Below the pieces are notes generated by a model, which worked only from the letters and a program-made list of their open reading frames with translations, did not search any database and was not told the DNA's origin. A stretch of DNA of 64,000 bases from positions 256,001 to 320,000 of the forward strand of contig CAWBAN010000001.1 of NCBI GenBank assembly GCA_963786935.1. Direction: 5' to 3'. Of the stretch, positions 36,681 through 45,798 are shown one piece after another. This DNA is from an uncultured bacterium. GTDB lineage: Bacteria; Krumholzibacteriota; Krumholzibacteriia; Krumholzibacteriales; Krumholzibacteriaceae. Numbering within the stretch: the first letter of the stretch is position 1; each line of letters begins with the position of its first letter. A program made the translations under genes and the position numbers.

Positions 36681-37769
36681 ATGGTAGAATCCAGCGGAGC
36701 GCCGAAGCGGCCCGATCCGTCGCCGGTGCCGGTCGGCGCGCGGCGCATGGCGATTTTGGCCGACGGATGCTTTTCGCCGCTCGGCGCGAAGACGGCCGTG
36801 TGCCTCGTGCGGTACGCCGCCGACGAGGTCGTCGCCGTGATCGACGCGAGCCGGGCGCCGTCGACCGCCGGCGAAGCGATCGGGATCGGCGGGGATATCC
36901 CGGTCGTGGCCTCCCTGCGGGAGGCGCTCGCGTTCGGGCCGAACGCGCTCGTGTTCGGCACGGCGCCCCGCGGCGGGAAGCTCTCCGGGGGCGACCGCGC
37001 CGCCGCCCTCGCCGCGATTCGGAGCGGTCTCCACGTCGTGAGCGGGATGCACGAGTTCTTGAGCGACGACGCCGAGATCGCCGCGCTCGCTGCAGAAGCG
37101 GGAGTGGCGCTCTGGGACGTCCGCCGTCCTCCCGAGGGGCTCGATGTCGCATCGGGGAACGGAAGCGGCGCCTGCCCCGTCGTCTTTACCGTCGGATCCG
37201 ACTGCAACACGGGAAAGATGACCGCGGGGATGGAGATCCATCGCGCGCTGCTCCGCGACGGCGTCCGATCGGGTTTCGCCGCTTCGGGCCAGACGGGAAT
37301 CATGATCACGGGGACCGGCATTCCCGTCGACCGGGTCGTCGCCGACTTCATCGGAGGCGCGACGGAGCGGCTCGTCCGCGAGACGGCGCCCGGCAGGGAC
37401 GTCGTCATCCTCGAGGGACAGGGCTCCATTCTCCATCCGGGGTACGCGGGAGTGACCTTCGGGATGATCGCGGGATCGCTCCCCCGGGCGTACGTTCTCT
37501 GCCACCAGCCGACGAGAACCGCGATCCGGGGCTACGCGGTGCCGATTCCTCCGCTCGCGGCGCTCGCCGCCCTCTACGAGGCGGCGATTTCCGGCATCCG
37601 GCGGATTCCCGTCGTCGGCGTCGCGCTCAACACGTTCGATCTCGACGACGAGGCCGCCCGGCGGGCGGTCGATGCGGCGGCTCGGGAAACCGGACTCCCG
37701 GCGGCCGATCCGGTGCGGTTCGGAGCGGACGCGCTCGAGCGCGCGATCAGGCGATTCCTCTCGATATAG
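36681..37769 (+). CDS. DUF1611 family P-loop protein
   Basis: AKTA...RY, SGMH.FL, TVGSDCNTGKMT, GQTGIMI, EGQGS..HP.Y and DPVRFG motifs. Confidence 0.88.
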   Translation: MVESSGAPKRPDPSPVPVGARRMAILADGCFSPLGAKTAVCLVRYAADEVVAVIDASRAPSTAGEAIGIGGDIPVVASLREALAFGPNALVFGTAPRGGKLSGGDRAAALAAIRSGLHVVSGMHEFLSDDAEIAALAAEAGVALWDVRRPPEGLDVASGNGSGACPVVFTVGSDCNTGKMTAGMEIHRALLRDGVRSGFAASGQTGIMITGTGIPVDRVVADFIGGATERLVRETAPGRDVVILEGQGSILHPGYAGVTFGMIAGSLPRAYVLCHQPTRTAIRGYAVPIPPLAALAALYEAAISGIRRIPVVGVALNTFDLDDEAARRAVDAAARETGLPAADPVRFGADALERAIRRFLSI

Positions 37770-37803
37770 GGGCGCGGCGGCGGCCGGCGGGATACGCGGC
37801 GGG

Positions 37804-38814
37804 CTACGGGAGACGCAGCGGGCTCCGCTCGTCCTTGCAGATCCGATAGAAATTGCAGAACCGGCACCGGCCGTCGTCGATCACGGGGAAGCGCTCATAC
37901 GGCAGCGCCTCGTTGCGCGCGATGTCGCGGTCGACGAGCACGCCGGAGAGCTTCTCGATGCCCGATTGAATCGCCTCGCCGGCCCGCGCGACGCTCGCTT
38001 CATCGGCGGCGTGCTCGATCGTTTTCCCGCCGTCGAGCAGATTGACTTCGAAGAGCCGCATCGCGGCGACCGGCGCGCCGAGGATGCGCGAGGCGTAATA
38101 CGCGTAGATGCCGAGCTGAACGGCCGCGTTCCGCGTCTCATCCCCGCCGTCGCCGGCTTCGGCGGAGGCCCCGCGGTTCGTCTTCCAGTCGACGATCCGC
38201 AGCGCTCCGTCCGCGCCGCGGAACATGAAGTCGGTTTTGACGAAGACCGTCGCGCCGCCGACTTCGAACTGCTGGGAGAAATCGCCGTGCTCGAGGTCCT
38301 CGATGTCCCAGCTCGCCCGATCGGTTTCCGCGATGAGCCCGAGCATCGGGCCCCGGAAGAGCCCCTCGATCGCCTGCACGCATTCATCCCTCGTCCGTTC
38401 GAGCGCCGCTTCCGTCACGGGCCGGTCGTATTCGTGGTCGAAGAGGGCGAGCCAGTCGGTATTGAGGGTCTCGAACGATTTTTTGGGCGTCGCGAGGTAC
38501 TTCTTGTCGCGGGAGAATTCGAACTGCGTTTTGAACTTCCGGAGCGTGTGGGCGATCACGGCGTCCCGCTCGGGAATTCTCCCCTTCGCTTTCATCGATC
38601 GCAGGACGAGCGATGCGATGTAATGAACGAGCTGCCCCCGCCAGAGGGGGAGGGAGACGAGGCGCTTGAGCTTGAACGCCTCCCGCGCGACCGCGGGGGC
38701 GCGCGGCTGCCATCCGCCCCAGCTCAGATAGTAGTGGAAGTAGTATCGCCGGCGGCACTGATCGAACGTCGCTTCACGCGAGAGGGACCATCCGAAGCGG
38801 TTCGTGAATGCCAT
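37804..38814 (-). CDS. PD-(D/E)XK nuclease, Cas4/RecB/AddB-like, with probable 4Fe-4S ligands
   Basis: WS.SR...F.QC.RRYY, G..VH, KTDF, IVDWKT, QLGIY and C-terminal CRFCNFYRIC motifs. Confidence 0.88.
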   Translation of the reverse strand: MAFTNRFGWSLSREATFDQCRRRYYFHYYLSWGGWQPRAPAVAREAFKLKRLVSLPLWRGQLVHYIASLVLRSMKAKGRIPERDAVIAHTLRKFKTQFEFSRDKKYLATPKKSFETLNTDWLALFDHEYDRPVTEAALERTRDECVQAIEGLFRGPMLGLIAETDRASWDIEDLEHGDFSQQFEVGGATVFVKTDFMFRGADGALRIVDWKTNRGASAEAGDGGDETRNAAVQLGIYAYYASRILGAPVAAMRLFEVNLLDGGKTIEHAADEASVARAGEAIQSGIEKLSGVLVDRDIARNEALPYERFPVIDDGRCRFCNFYRICKDERSPLRLP

Positions 38815-38822
38815 CGCGCCCG

Positions 38823-39383
38823 CTATTTCCTTCTTCCGGCCGGCCGTCTCCGCGCGCGCGTTTTGAGCCCCGCCCGCTTCCCGCGCGCGGGCTTCCCCGG
38901 CGCGTTCTTCGCCGAGCGTCTCGCGCGCTTCTCGAAGACGCCCTTGAACACCCGGTTCTCGAGCTTGAAGCTCTCGAACTCGTAGTCGAACTTCATGCTC
39001 TTCTTGCCGCGAAGCGCGACGGCCTTGTCGGTGTACATGTAGAGATGGTATTTCGACCCGGTCCTCTGCTGGGCGTATCTCGGCAGCTCGTCGCGCTCGA
39101 AGAGCCACACCCGCAGGGCGCTCAGGTCGACGCACGCGATGATATCGGCTTCCGTCGATACGGGGATCCACCAGTCGAGCGCCTCTTTTCCCTTGCCTCC
39201 CGCCCGTTTGGGCTGGAGGTTCGATACAACGAAGACCGAGAACTCCCGGCGCGGCTTGCGCAGGCTCACGACGAGGTCGATGCCGTCCTTGCCCGCGGAG
39301 CAGGGGAGCCCCTCGCGTATCAGCATCGATTGAACGAAGTACTTCCCGCTGAATCCGATCATGTTCTTCGGAATCTCTTTCAT
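38823..39383 (-). CDS. Hypothetical protein resembling a degenerate restriction-endonuclease fold, with basic tail
   Basis: G.SGKYFV.S.L.REG......DGIDLVV pattern, AAGGAG RBS and Arg/Lys-rich C-terminus. Confidence 0.55.
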   Translation of the reverse strand: MKEIPKNMIGFSGKYFVQSMLIREGLPCSAGKDGIDLVVSLRKPRREFSVFVVSNLQPKRAGGKGKEALDWWIPVSTEADIIACVDLSALRVWLFERDELPRYAQQRTGSKYHLYMYTDKAVALRGKKSMKFDYEFESFKLENRVFKGVFEKRARRSAKNAPGKPARGKRAGLKTRARRRPAGRRK

Positions 39384-39520
39384 CTCGACTCCTTTCCGGC
39401 GATGCGTCACACGCCTTCAAGAATCTTGAAATGCTCGAACGGCATCGTTCAACGCGTCATATCGCTCGGTAAACGCCGATGGCGGCGAGATTCATCCCCC
39501 GGTGCCGGCCAAACCCCACT

Positions 39521-39580
39521 CTTATATAATTTATACACATGTAAATTAATTTTGACAATCAAAAATTATTTAAAATTAGA
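39521..39580. promoter_or_regulatory. AT-rich regulatory patch with two adjacent palindromes
   Basis: TAATTTA-N8-TAAATTA (39527-39548) and TTTTGA-CAA-TCAAAA (39550-39564), upstream of the nuclease pair. Confidence 0.6.
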
Positions 39581-39599
39581 TCGTGGCGTACGGACGCCG

Positions 39600-40247
39600 C
39601 TAAGCGCGGAACGATGGGCCATCGTCCCGCGCCGGGCCGGCCGCCGCGAGCCCTTCGAGCACGAGCCGCTGGATCGGAGAGGGGCCTTCGGTCGATTTCC
39701 CGCCCGCGCGGCCCGTGGACCGTTCCCGGTGGACGGCGAGGATCATTCCCGTGATCGCGAACGACGTGACGCGGACGTCGACGGGCCTGAACGCGCCGCG
39801 CGCGATGCCCTCGGCGAGCGCGGGCTCGAACAGCGAGAACGGGGCGACGTACCGGTCCGCGAAACGCATCTCCTCGGCCTCCCGCAGGGTGCTCCGATGC
39901 AGAAAGAGGATCCGGTGAAGATGCCTGTTGTCCCGCAGGAACGAGAGGTAGGAGTCGATCGCCGCGTCGAGCGCGGCGATCGGATCGTCGATGCCGCGCG
40001 TCGATCCCGCGATCCGCTCCGAGAGCCGTTCGATCGCGAATTCGACGGTCGCCGTAAACAGCGCGTGCTTGTCCGCGAAGTGGTTATAGACGGTTCCCTT
40101 GCCGACGCCGGCCACCTTGGCGATCGCCTCGATCTCGGCTTCGTGGTATCCGTATCTCGAGAACAGCTCGACCGCCGCGGCCAGTATCCGGCCCTTTCGC
40201 GCGCTCGCGGCGCCGGCGGCGGACGGCTTTCGTTTCGAGGTCGGCAT
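39600..40247 (-). CDS. TetR/AcrR family transcriptional regulator
   Basis: ILAAA.ELF...GY......IAK.AGVGKGTVYNHFADK HTH. Confidence 0.93.
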   Translation of the reverse strand: MPTSKRKPSAAGAASARKGRILAAAVELFSRYGYHEAEIEAIAKVAGVGKGTVYNHFADKHALFTATVEFAIERLSERIAGSTRGIDDPIAALDAAIDSYLSFLRDNRHLHRILFLHRSTLREAEEMRFADRYVAPFSLFEPALAEGIARGAFRPVDVRVTSFAITGMILAVHRERSTGRAGGKSTEGPSPIQRLVLEGLAAAGPARDDGPSFRA

Positions 40248-40273
40248 GGTTCATCACCGGTCCCGTTCCATGA

Positions 40274-40317
40274 ATGACTGGTCAGTCATATTATCGTCTG
40301 TTCGCCGCGCCCGTCAA
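40274..40317 (-). promoter_or_regulatory. TetR promoter and palindromic operator
   Basis: Minus-strand TTGACG, 16-nt spacer, GATAAT (40317-40290), immediately followed by the perfect palindrome ATGACTG-GT-CAGTCAT (40274-40289). Confidence 0.7.
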
Positions 40318-40330
40318 TGATGAATTCGTG

Positions 40331-40359
40331 TTGATTTTCTCCCCTCTTTGTATTACGTT
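40331..40359 (+). promoter_or_regulatory. Candidate sigma70 promoter for the rnf operon
   Basis: TTGATT, 17-nt spacer, TACGTT upstream of rnfA. Confidence 0.4.
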
Positions 40360-40437
40360 GCAGCGGATTTTATCGGTCTCCCATTTCATTGGGATTTGGG
40401 TGTGGGCCTGCCGCCATATGAAGAATGAAGGTGGTTC

Positions 40438-41019
40438 ATGAAGACGCTCATTCTCATCATCGTGAGCGCGGTTTTCGTCAATAACTTCGTCCTGAGCCGG
40501 TTTCTCGGCATTTGCCCCTTCCTCGGCGTTTCCAAGCGGATCAAGACGGCCGCGGGGATGAGCGCCGCCGTCATCTTCGTCATGACGATGGCGTCGGCCG
40601 CGACCTGGCTCTTCTACCAGTATATTCTCGTGCGGTTCCACCTGGAGTACCTGCAGACCGTCACCTTCATTCTCGTGATCGCGGCCCTCGTGCAGGTCGT
40701 GGAAACGGTGCTCCTCAAGATGAGCCCGACGCTCTACCGGGCGCTCGGCATCTACCTGCCGCTCATCACGACGAACTGCGCCGTGCTCGGCGTCGCCGTT
40801 CTCAATATCCAGAAGGAGTACAACCTCGTCGAAACGACCGTTTTCGGCTTCGGGGCCGCCGTCGGCTTCGGCTTCGCCATGATGATCTTCTCGGGGATCA
40901 GGGAGCGCATGGAGCTGTGCGACATACCGGTTCCGCTCAGGGGCACCGCGATCGGGCTCGTGACGGCCGGGCTGCTCTCGCTCGCGTTCATGGGCTTCAC
41001 CGGTCTCGTGAAACAGTGA
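40438..41019 (+). CDS. rnfA: Rnf complex subunit A
   Basis: NNFVLSRFLGICPFLGVS and LGIYLPLITTNCAVLG motifs. Confidence 0.96.
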   Translation: MKTLILIIVSAVFVNNFVLSRFLGICPFLGVSKRIKTAAGMSAAVIFVMTMASAATWLFYQYILVRFHLEYLQTVTFILVIAALVQVVETVLLKMSPTLYRALGIYLPLITTNCAVLGVAVLNIQKEYNLVETTVFGFGAAVGFGFAMMIFSGIRERMELCDIPVPLRGTAIGLVTAGLLSLAFMGFTGLVKQ

Positions 41020-41035
41020 TAAGGAGATGCCTTCT

Positions 41036-41887
41036 ATGCAGACCGCCGTTCTGACAGCAGTCATCGCGCTGTCCGCCCTCGCCCTCTTCTCGAGCTTTCT
41101 TCTCGCGATGGTGGCGCGCGCCTTCGCCGTCCCGTCGAATCCGAAGGTCGAGGAGATCGAAGGGGCGCTGCCGGGAGCGAATTGCGGGGGTTGCGGGCTT
41201 CCGGGCTGCGCGGAGCTCGCCCGGCGCATCGCGGGCGGACACGCGAGCGTCGATGCCTGCCCGGTCGGCGGGGACGCCGTCGCGGCGAAAATCGCGGCGA
41301 TCATGGGCACATCCTTCGCGGGAGGCGGCAGCCGCAAGGTGGCGCTCGTGCTCTGCGCGGGGGACGATCAGGTCGCCCGGAAGCGTTTCCACTACAACGG
41401 GATCAAGGACTGCACCTCGGCCGCGATCCTCTTCGGCGGCGACAAGGCGTGCTCGTACGGCTGTCTCGGCCTCGGAACGTGCGCGGGCGTCTGCCCCTTC
41501 GACGCGCTCCACATGCTCCCGAACGGTCTGCCCGCGGTCGATCCGGTCAAATGCACCGCGTGCGGAAAATGCGTGGCGGCGTGTCCCAAGAGCATCATCA
41601 AGCTCGTCCCCGTCGACAAACGCCTCCATATTCTCTGTTCGTCCCACGACAAAGGGGCGAAGGTCCGCAAGATCTGCGCGGTCGGCTGCATCGCATGCAC
41701 GAAATGCGTCAAGGAGGCCCCGGCGGGAGCGATCGCGATGCAGGACGGCCTGGCGGTCGTCAATTACGATTTCGATATTCCCGATACGGTCGCCGCGACC
41801 TGCCCGATGAACACGATTCAAATCATGGCGCTGGACGGTTCGGGCGAAGAAGTCGAAGCGAAGGCGGCGGCGGGAGGTGAGGCCTGA
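41036..41887 (+). CDS. rnfB: Rnf complex subunit B (ferredoxin-type)
   Basis: LPGANCGGCGLPGC, C.YGCLGLGTC...CP, CTACGKCV.ACP and CIAC.KC motifs. Alternative start at 41027. Confidence 0.95.
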   Translation: MQTAVLTAVIALSALALFSSFLLAMVARAFAVPSNPKVEEIEGALPGANCGGCGLPGCAELARRIAGGHASVDACPVGGDAVAAKIAAIMGTSFAGGGSRKVALVLCAGDDQVARKRFHYNGIKDCTSAAILFGGDKACSYGCLGLGTCAGVCPFDALHMLPNGLPAVDPVKCTACGKCVAACPKSIIKLVPVDKRLHILCSSHDKGAKVRKICAVGCIACTKCVKEAPAGAIAMQDGLAVVNYDFDIPDTVAATCPMNTIQIMALDGSGEEVEAKAAAGGEA

Positions 41888-43209
41888 TGGCGGCGAGGAG
41901 GTTCTTCGGGGGAATTCATCCGGCGTATGACAAGGATCTGGCGAATCGGCTCGCCATCGAGGCGATGCCGCTGCCCGGGCGTCTCATCGTGCCGTTCGCT
42001 CAGAACCTCGGCGCGGCGCCGAAACCGGTCGTCAAGAAGGGGGACACGGTCAAGAAGGGCCAGGTGATCGCGGAGCCGCAGGGATTCGTTTCGGTGCCCC
42101 TCCACGCACCGACGTCCGGCACGGTGCAGGCGATCGACGTGTTCCCGCACCCGGTCGGCGCCGATATGCCGGCCGCGGTCATCGTGCCCGACGGCACGGA
42201 TGAATGGGCGAGCGGGCTCGACGTCGAGCGCGGCGCCGAGGGCTTGGACGCCGAAGCGATGAAATCGATCATTCGCGACGCCGGCCTCGTCGGCATGGGA
42301 GGGGCTTCCTTCCCGACGCACGTGAAGCTGTCCCCTCCGAAGGACAAGCCGATCGACGTGCTCATCATCAACGGCGCCGAATGCGAGCCGTATCTCACGA
42401 GCGACCATCGCCTCATGATCGAGAAAGCGCCGCAGATTCTCGAAGGGGCTTCCTACCTCGCGCGGGCGCTCGGCGTGAAGAACGTGATCGTCGGGATCGA
42501 GAAGAACAAGCCCGACGCGATCGACGCGATGCGGAAGGAAGCCGGCGCGCGGGGCTACGCGGTCGCCGGCCTCGACGTCGTGTATCCGCAGGGCGCCGAA
42601 CGTCAGCTCATCTACGTCCTCGCCGGACGCGTCGTACCGGCGGGAGGGCTTCCGATGGACGTCGGCGTGCTGGTCCAGAACGTCGCGACGGCGTATGCCG
42701 TGCGGGACGCGGTCCGCCGCGGCCGGCCCCTCGTCGAGCGCGTCGTGTGCGTGACGGGTCGCGGCGTGAATGAGCCCAAGAACGTGCTCGCGCGCATCGG
42801 AACGACCTTCGGCGATATCATCGAGTTCTGCGGCGGACGGAAGCAGGACGCGGGGAAGGTGATCGGCGGCGGTCCCATGATGGGGGTCGCGCAGTACTCG
42901 CTCGACGCGCCCGTCACGAAGGGAACGAGCGGGATCGTCGTCCTGAAGCAGGGAGAGGTGGCGCAGTTCGTCGGAGAGGCGTGCATCCGGTGCGGACGAT
43001 GCGTGCGCGCGTGCCCGATGCGCCTCAATCCGTCGATTCTCAGCATATTCGCCGAGCGGCTCCGCTTCGAGGACGCGCGCGAGCACCACGTGCTCGATTG
43101 CATCGAGTGCGGCTGCTGCGCGTATCTCTGCCCCTCGCGCCGCCCGATGGTGCATCATTTCCGCCGCGCGAAGGCGGAGGTCCGGAAAAGCGCCGCCAAA
43201 GCGGTCTGA
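41887..43209 (+). CDS. rnfC: Rnf complex subunit C
   Basis: GGIHP, GMGGASFPTHVK, NGAECEPYLT.D, YPQG.E, CIRCGRC..ACP and CIECGCC.YLCP motifs. Confidence 0.96.
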   Translation: MAARRFFGGIHPAYDKDLANRLAIEAMPLPGRLIVPFAQNLGAAPKPVVKKGDTVKKGQVIAEPQGFVSVPLHAPTSGTVQAIDVFPHPVGADMPAAVIVPDGTDEWASGLDVERGAEGLDAEAMKSIIRDAGLVGMGGASFPTHVKLSPPKDKPIDVLIINGAECEPYLTSDHRLMIEKAPQILEGASYLARALGVKNVIVGIEKNKPDAIDAMRKEAGARGYAVAGLDVVYPQGAERQLIYVLAGRVVPAGGLPMDVGVLVQNVATAYAVRDAVRRGRPLVERVVCVTGRGVNEPKNVLARIGTTFGDIIEFCGGRKQDAGKVIGGGPMMGVAQYSLDAPVTKGTSGIVVLKQGEVAQFVGEACIRCGRCVRACPMRLNPSILSIFAERLRFEDAREHHVLDCIECGCCAYLCPSRRPMVHHFRRAKAEVRKSAAKAV

Positions 43210-43222
43210 GCGGGAGGTCTTT

Positions 43223-44269
43223 TTGGAGAAGATCAAGGAGAAGGAGATCAAGGAGCAGCTCGACGAGGCGGGGCCGCGTTTCCTCGTGAGCTCGTCTCCC
43301 CACATTCACGACGGGAAGCGCGTCGTCGACATCATGCGTCTCGTGATCATCGCGCTCATGCCGGCGACCCTCTTTTCCGTATACCTGTTTGGCCTCGCCG
43401 CCCTCTTCACGATCGTCATCTCGATCGGCTCGGCCGTTCTCTTCGAGGCGGCCTGGCAGCGGATCGTGAAGAAGCCGGTCACGGTCAACAACCTGAGCGC
43501 GGCGCTCACGGGGCTTCTCCTCGCCCTCAACCTGCCGGCGACGAGCCCGTGGTGGATGATCCTCATCGGGAATTTCTTCGCCGTCGTCATCACGAAGCAG
43601 TTCTACGGCGGGCTCGGCTACAACATATTCAATCCGGCGCTCGTCGGCCGCGTCGTGCTCCTCATCGCCTTTCCCGTGCACATGACGGCGAAATGGGTGA
43701 CCGCCACCGCGTGGGGCGCCGGCGCCGTGACGACCGCCACGCCGCTCGGCAGGGCGCGCGAGGCGCTCCTCTCGACGGGGCGTCTCGACGTCCATCTCAC
43801 GAGGCAGGAGGTGTACGACCTGCTCCTCGGATTCCGGGCGGGATCTCTCGGCGAGGTTTCCGTCGTGCTCCTCGTCCTCGGGGGCGTTTTCCTCGTCGCC
43901 AAGAAGGTCATCAGCTGGCACATCCCCGTCTCGTTCATCGCGAGCGTGTGGGTGATGACGGGGATCTTCCACCACGTCAATCCCGCGCGTTTCGCCGACC
44001 CGAGCTTCCACGTGATCACGGGGGGGCTCTTCCTCGGCGCCATCTTCATGGCGACCGATTACGTGACGAGCCCCATCTCGCCGGGAGGCAAGCTCATCTT
44101 CGGAGTCGGCTGCGGCGTCGTCACCGTCGTGATCAGGCTCTTCGGCGCCTATCCGGAAGGCGTCAGTTTCGCCATATTGCTCATGAACGCGTTCACGCCG
44201 CTCATCGACCGGTACGTGAAGCCGTCCGTGTTCGGTGCGCGGAAGGAGAAATCGAAGGCCGCCGCATAG
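43223..44269 (+). CDS. rnfD: Rnf complex subunit D
   Basis: SSPH, KQFYGGLGYNIFNPA, TTATPL (FMN site), FMATD.VTSP and YPEGV motifs. TTG start follows GGGAGG. Confidence 0.96.
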   Translation: MEKIKEKEIKEQLDEAGPRFLVSSSPHIHDGKRVVDIMRLVIIALMPATLFSVYLFGLAALFTIVISIGSAVLFEAAWQRIVKKPVTVNNLSAALTGLLLALNLPATSPWWMILIGNFFAVVITKQFYGGLGYNIFNPALVGRVVLLIAFPVHMTAKWVTATAWGAGAVTTATPLGRAREALLSTGRLDVHLTRQEVYDLLLGFRAGSLGEVSVVLLVLGGVFLVAKKVISWHIPVSFIASVWVMTGIFHHVNPARFADPSFHVITGGLFLGAIFMATDYVTSPISPGGKLIFGVGCGVVTVVIRLFGAYPEGVSFAILLMNAFTPLIDRYVKPSVFGARKEKSKAAA

Positions 44270-44322
44270 CGCCGCGCCCGCCCCGTTGTCCGCGAGGGGG
44301 CGCCGCAGGAGGGATCCGCACC

Positions 44323-44964
44323 ATGAAAGAGACATTGAGGCTCTGCTTCGTTCTCACCTTGATCGGCGCCGTATGCGCGGCGGTCATGGCGGCCGTCGAT
44401 CAACAGACGAAGGCGCCGATCCAAAAGTCGAAGACGGCCGAGAAGATGGACGCCGTAAAGGTCGTCATGCCGCCGACCGACAACGATCTCGAGAAAGACC
44501 AGGTGAAGATAAAGGACGATGATATGCAGATGGAGATGACGTTCTACCCGGGCAAGAAGAACGGGATCGTCATCGGCGCGGCGTTTCTCGCCGTCGCTCC
44601 GGGCGGTTACGCGGGCCCGATCGAGGTCCTCGTCGGGGTCGACACGGCGGGCGTCGTCACGGGAGTCGAAATCGTCAAGCACGCCGAGACGCCCGGCCTC
44701 GGGAGCAAGATCACGACGCCGCTTTTCAAGGGGCAGTTCGTCGGCAAGAGCGTCAAGGAACCGGCGAACTGGAGCGTCATGAAGGACGGGGGGCCGTTCA
44801 AGCAGATCACGGGGGCGACCATCTCGTCGCGCGCCGTGACGAGCGCCATCGCGGGCGGCCTCGAGTTTCTCGAAGCCCACAAGGCCGAGGTGTTCGGCGC
44901 GCCGAAAGCGGTCGCACCCGGGAAAGCGGCCGATAAGAAGGCCGACCCCACGGGAGGCAAGTAA
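44323..44964 (+). CDS. rnfG: Rnf complex subunit G
   Basis: N-terminal TM; GYAGPI, HAETPGLG and ITGATISS (FMN site) motifs. Confidence 0.95.
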   Translation: MKETLRLCFVLTLIGAVCAAVMAAVDQQTKAPIQKSKTAEKMDAVKVVMPPTDNDLEKDQVKIKDDDMQMEMTFYPGKKNGIVIGAAFLAVAPGGYAGPIEVLVGVDTAGVVTGVEIVKHAETPGLGSKITTPLFKGQFVGKSVKEPANWSVMKDGGPFKQITGATISSRAVTSAIAGGLEFLEAHKAEVFGAPKAVAPGKAADKKADPTGGK

Positions 44965-45665
44965 TGGGGGCGATGAAGGAGTTCACCAAGGGGCTCTGGG
45001 CCGAGAATCCGATATTCCGGATCGTGCTCGGCATGTGCCCGACGCTCGCGATCACGACCGAAGCCTTCAACGGAATCGGCATGGGGCTCGCCGCCACCTT
45101 CGTTCTCGTCGGCTCGAACGTGATGATCTCGGCGCTCCGCAACTTCATTCCCAAGAAGATCCGCATCCCCGGCTACATCGTCATCATTGCGACCTTCGTC
45201 ACGGTCGTCGATCTCGTCATGAACGCCTACCTTCACCCTATCTACCTGAAGCTCGGCATCTTCATCCCGCTCATCGTCGTGAACTGCATCATCATGGGAA
45301 GGGCCGAGGCGTACGCCCAGAAGAACGGCGTGATCTACTCGCTGCTCGACGGGCTCGGGATGGGGCTCGGGTTCACGATCTCGATCGTCGTGATCAGCAT
45401 GATCCGGGAGCTCATCGGGAACGGCACGATGTTCGGCGTGCGGATCATGGGGCAGGCGTACGTTCCGTTTCTCCTCATCATTCTCGCGCCCGGCGCGTTC
45501 ATGCTGCTCGGCTCCATGCTCGGGGCGATGAATCGCCTCGAGATCTACATGGCGAAGAAGGCGGGGCGCACGCCCACCTTCCGCAAGGAGCACGACTGCG
45601 CGAGCTGCGAGGTCTTCCGCGGCTGGTTCGGCCACGGCGAAAAGGGTCCCGAGGCGGCCGAGTAG
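44964..45665 (+). CDS. rnfE: Rnf complex subunit E
   Basis: ENP....LGMCPTLA, LGIFIPLIVVNCII.GRAE and PGAF motifs. C-terminal CASC extension. Confidence 0.96.
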   Translation: MGAMKEFTKGLWAENPIFRIVLGMCPTLAITTEAFNGIGMGLAATFVLVGSNVMISALRNFIPKKIRIPGYIVIIATFVTVVDLVMNAYLHPIYLKLGIFIPLIVVNCIIMGRAEAYAQKNGVIYSLLDGLGMGLGFTISIVVISMIRELIGNGTMFGVRIMGQAYVPFLLIILAPGAFMLLGSMLGAMNRLEIYMAKKAGRTPTFRKEHDCASCEVFRGWFGHGEKGPEAAE

Positions 45666-45798
45666 CGGCCGGAGATCGCGCGCGGCCGGCGCCGTCCGCT
45701 AGAAACGGACGAAATGTCCGAGACAGAGCACGAACGCTAAGCCCACGACGTGCAGGATCCACCATCCGATTCGGCCTCTCATAAAGTGCTTCACGGCG

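Noticed and set aside
37804..38814. Cas4-like gene as evidence of a CRISPR-Cas locus
   Set aside because: No cas1/cas2, effector genes or repeat-spacer array was seen in the window.
43227..43256. Short direct repeat AGATCAAGGAG at the rnfD 5' end
   Set aside because: Two copies encoding a charged N-terminal extension (KIKEKEIKE); no evidence of function.
40438..45665. rnfABCDGE as a novel system, including the RnfE C-terminal CxxC tail
   Set aside because: A well-known complex in a known gene order. The short tail alone is not enough to claim a new function.
45666..45798. Intergenic stretch whose minus-strand translation (LAFVLCLGHFVRF*) faintly echoes the end of the adjacent membrane protein (LSVVFTLGHFLWR*)
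   Set aside because: The similarity is too short, there is no convincing start or RBS, and it cannot be distinguished from chance.
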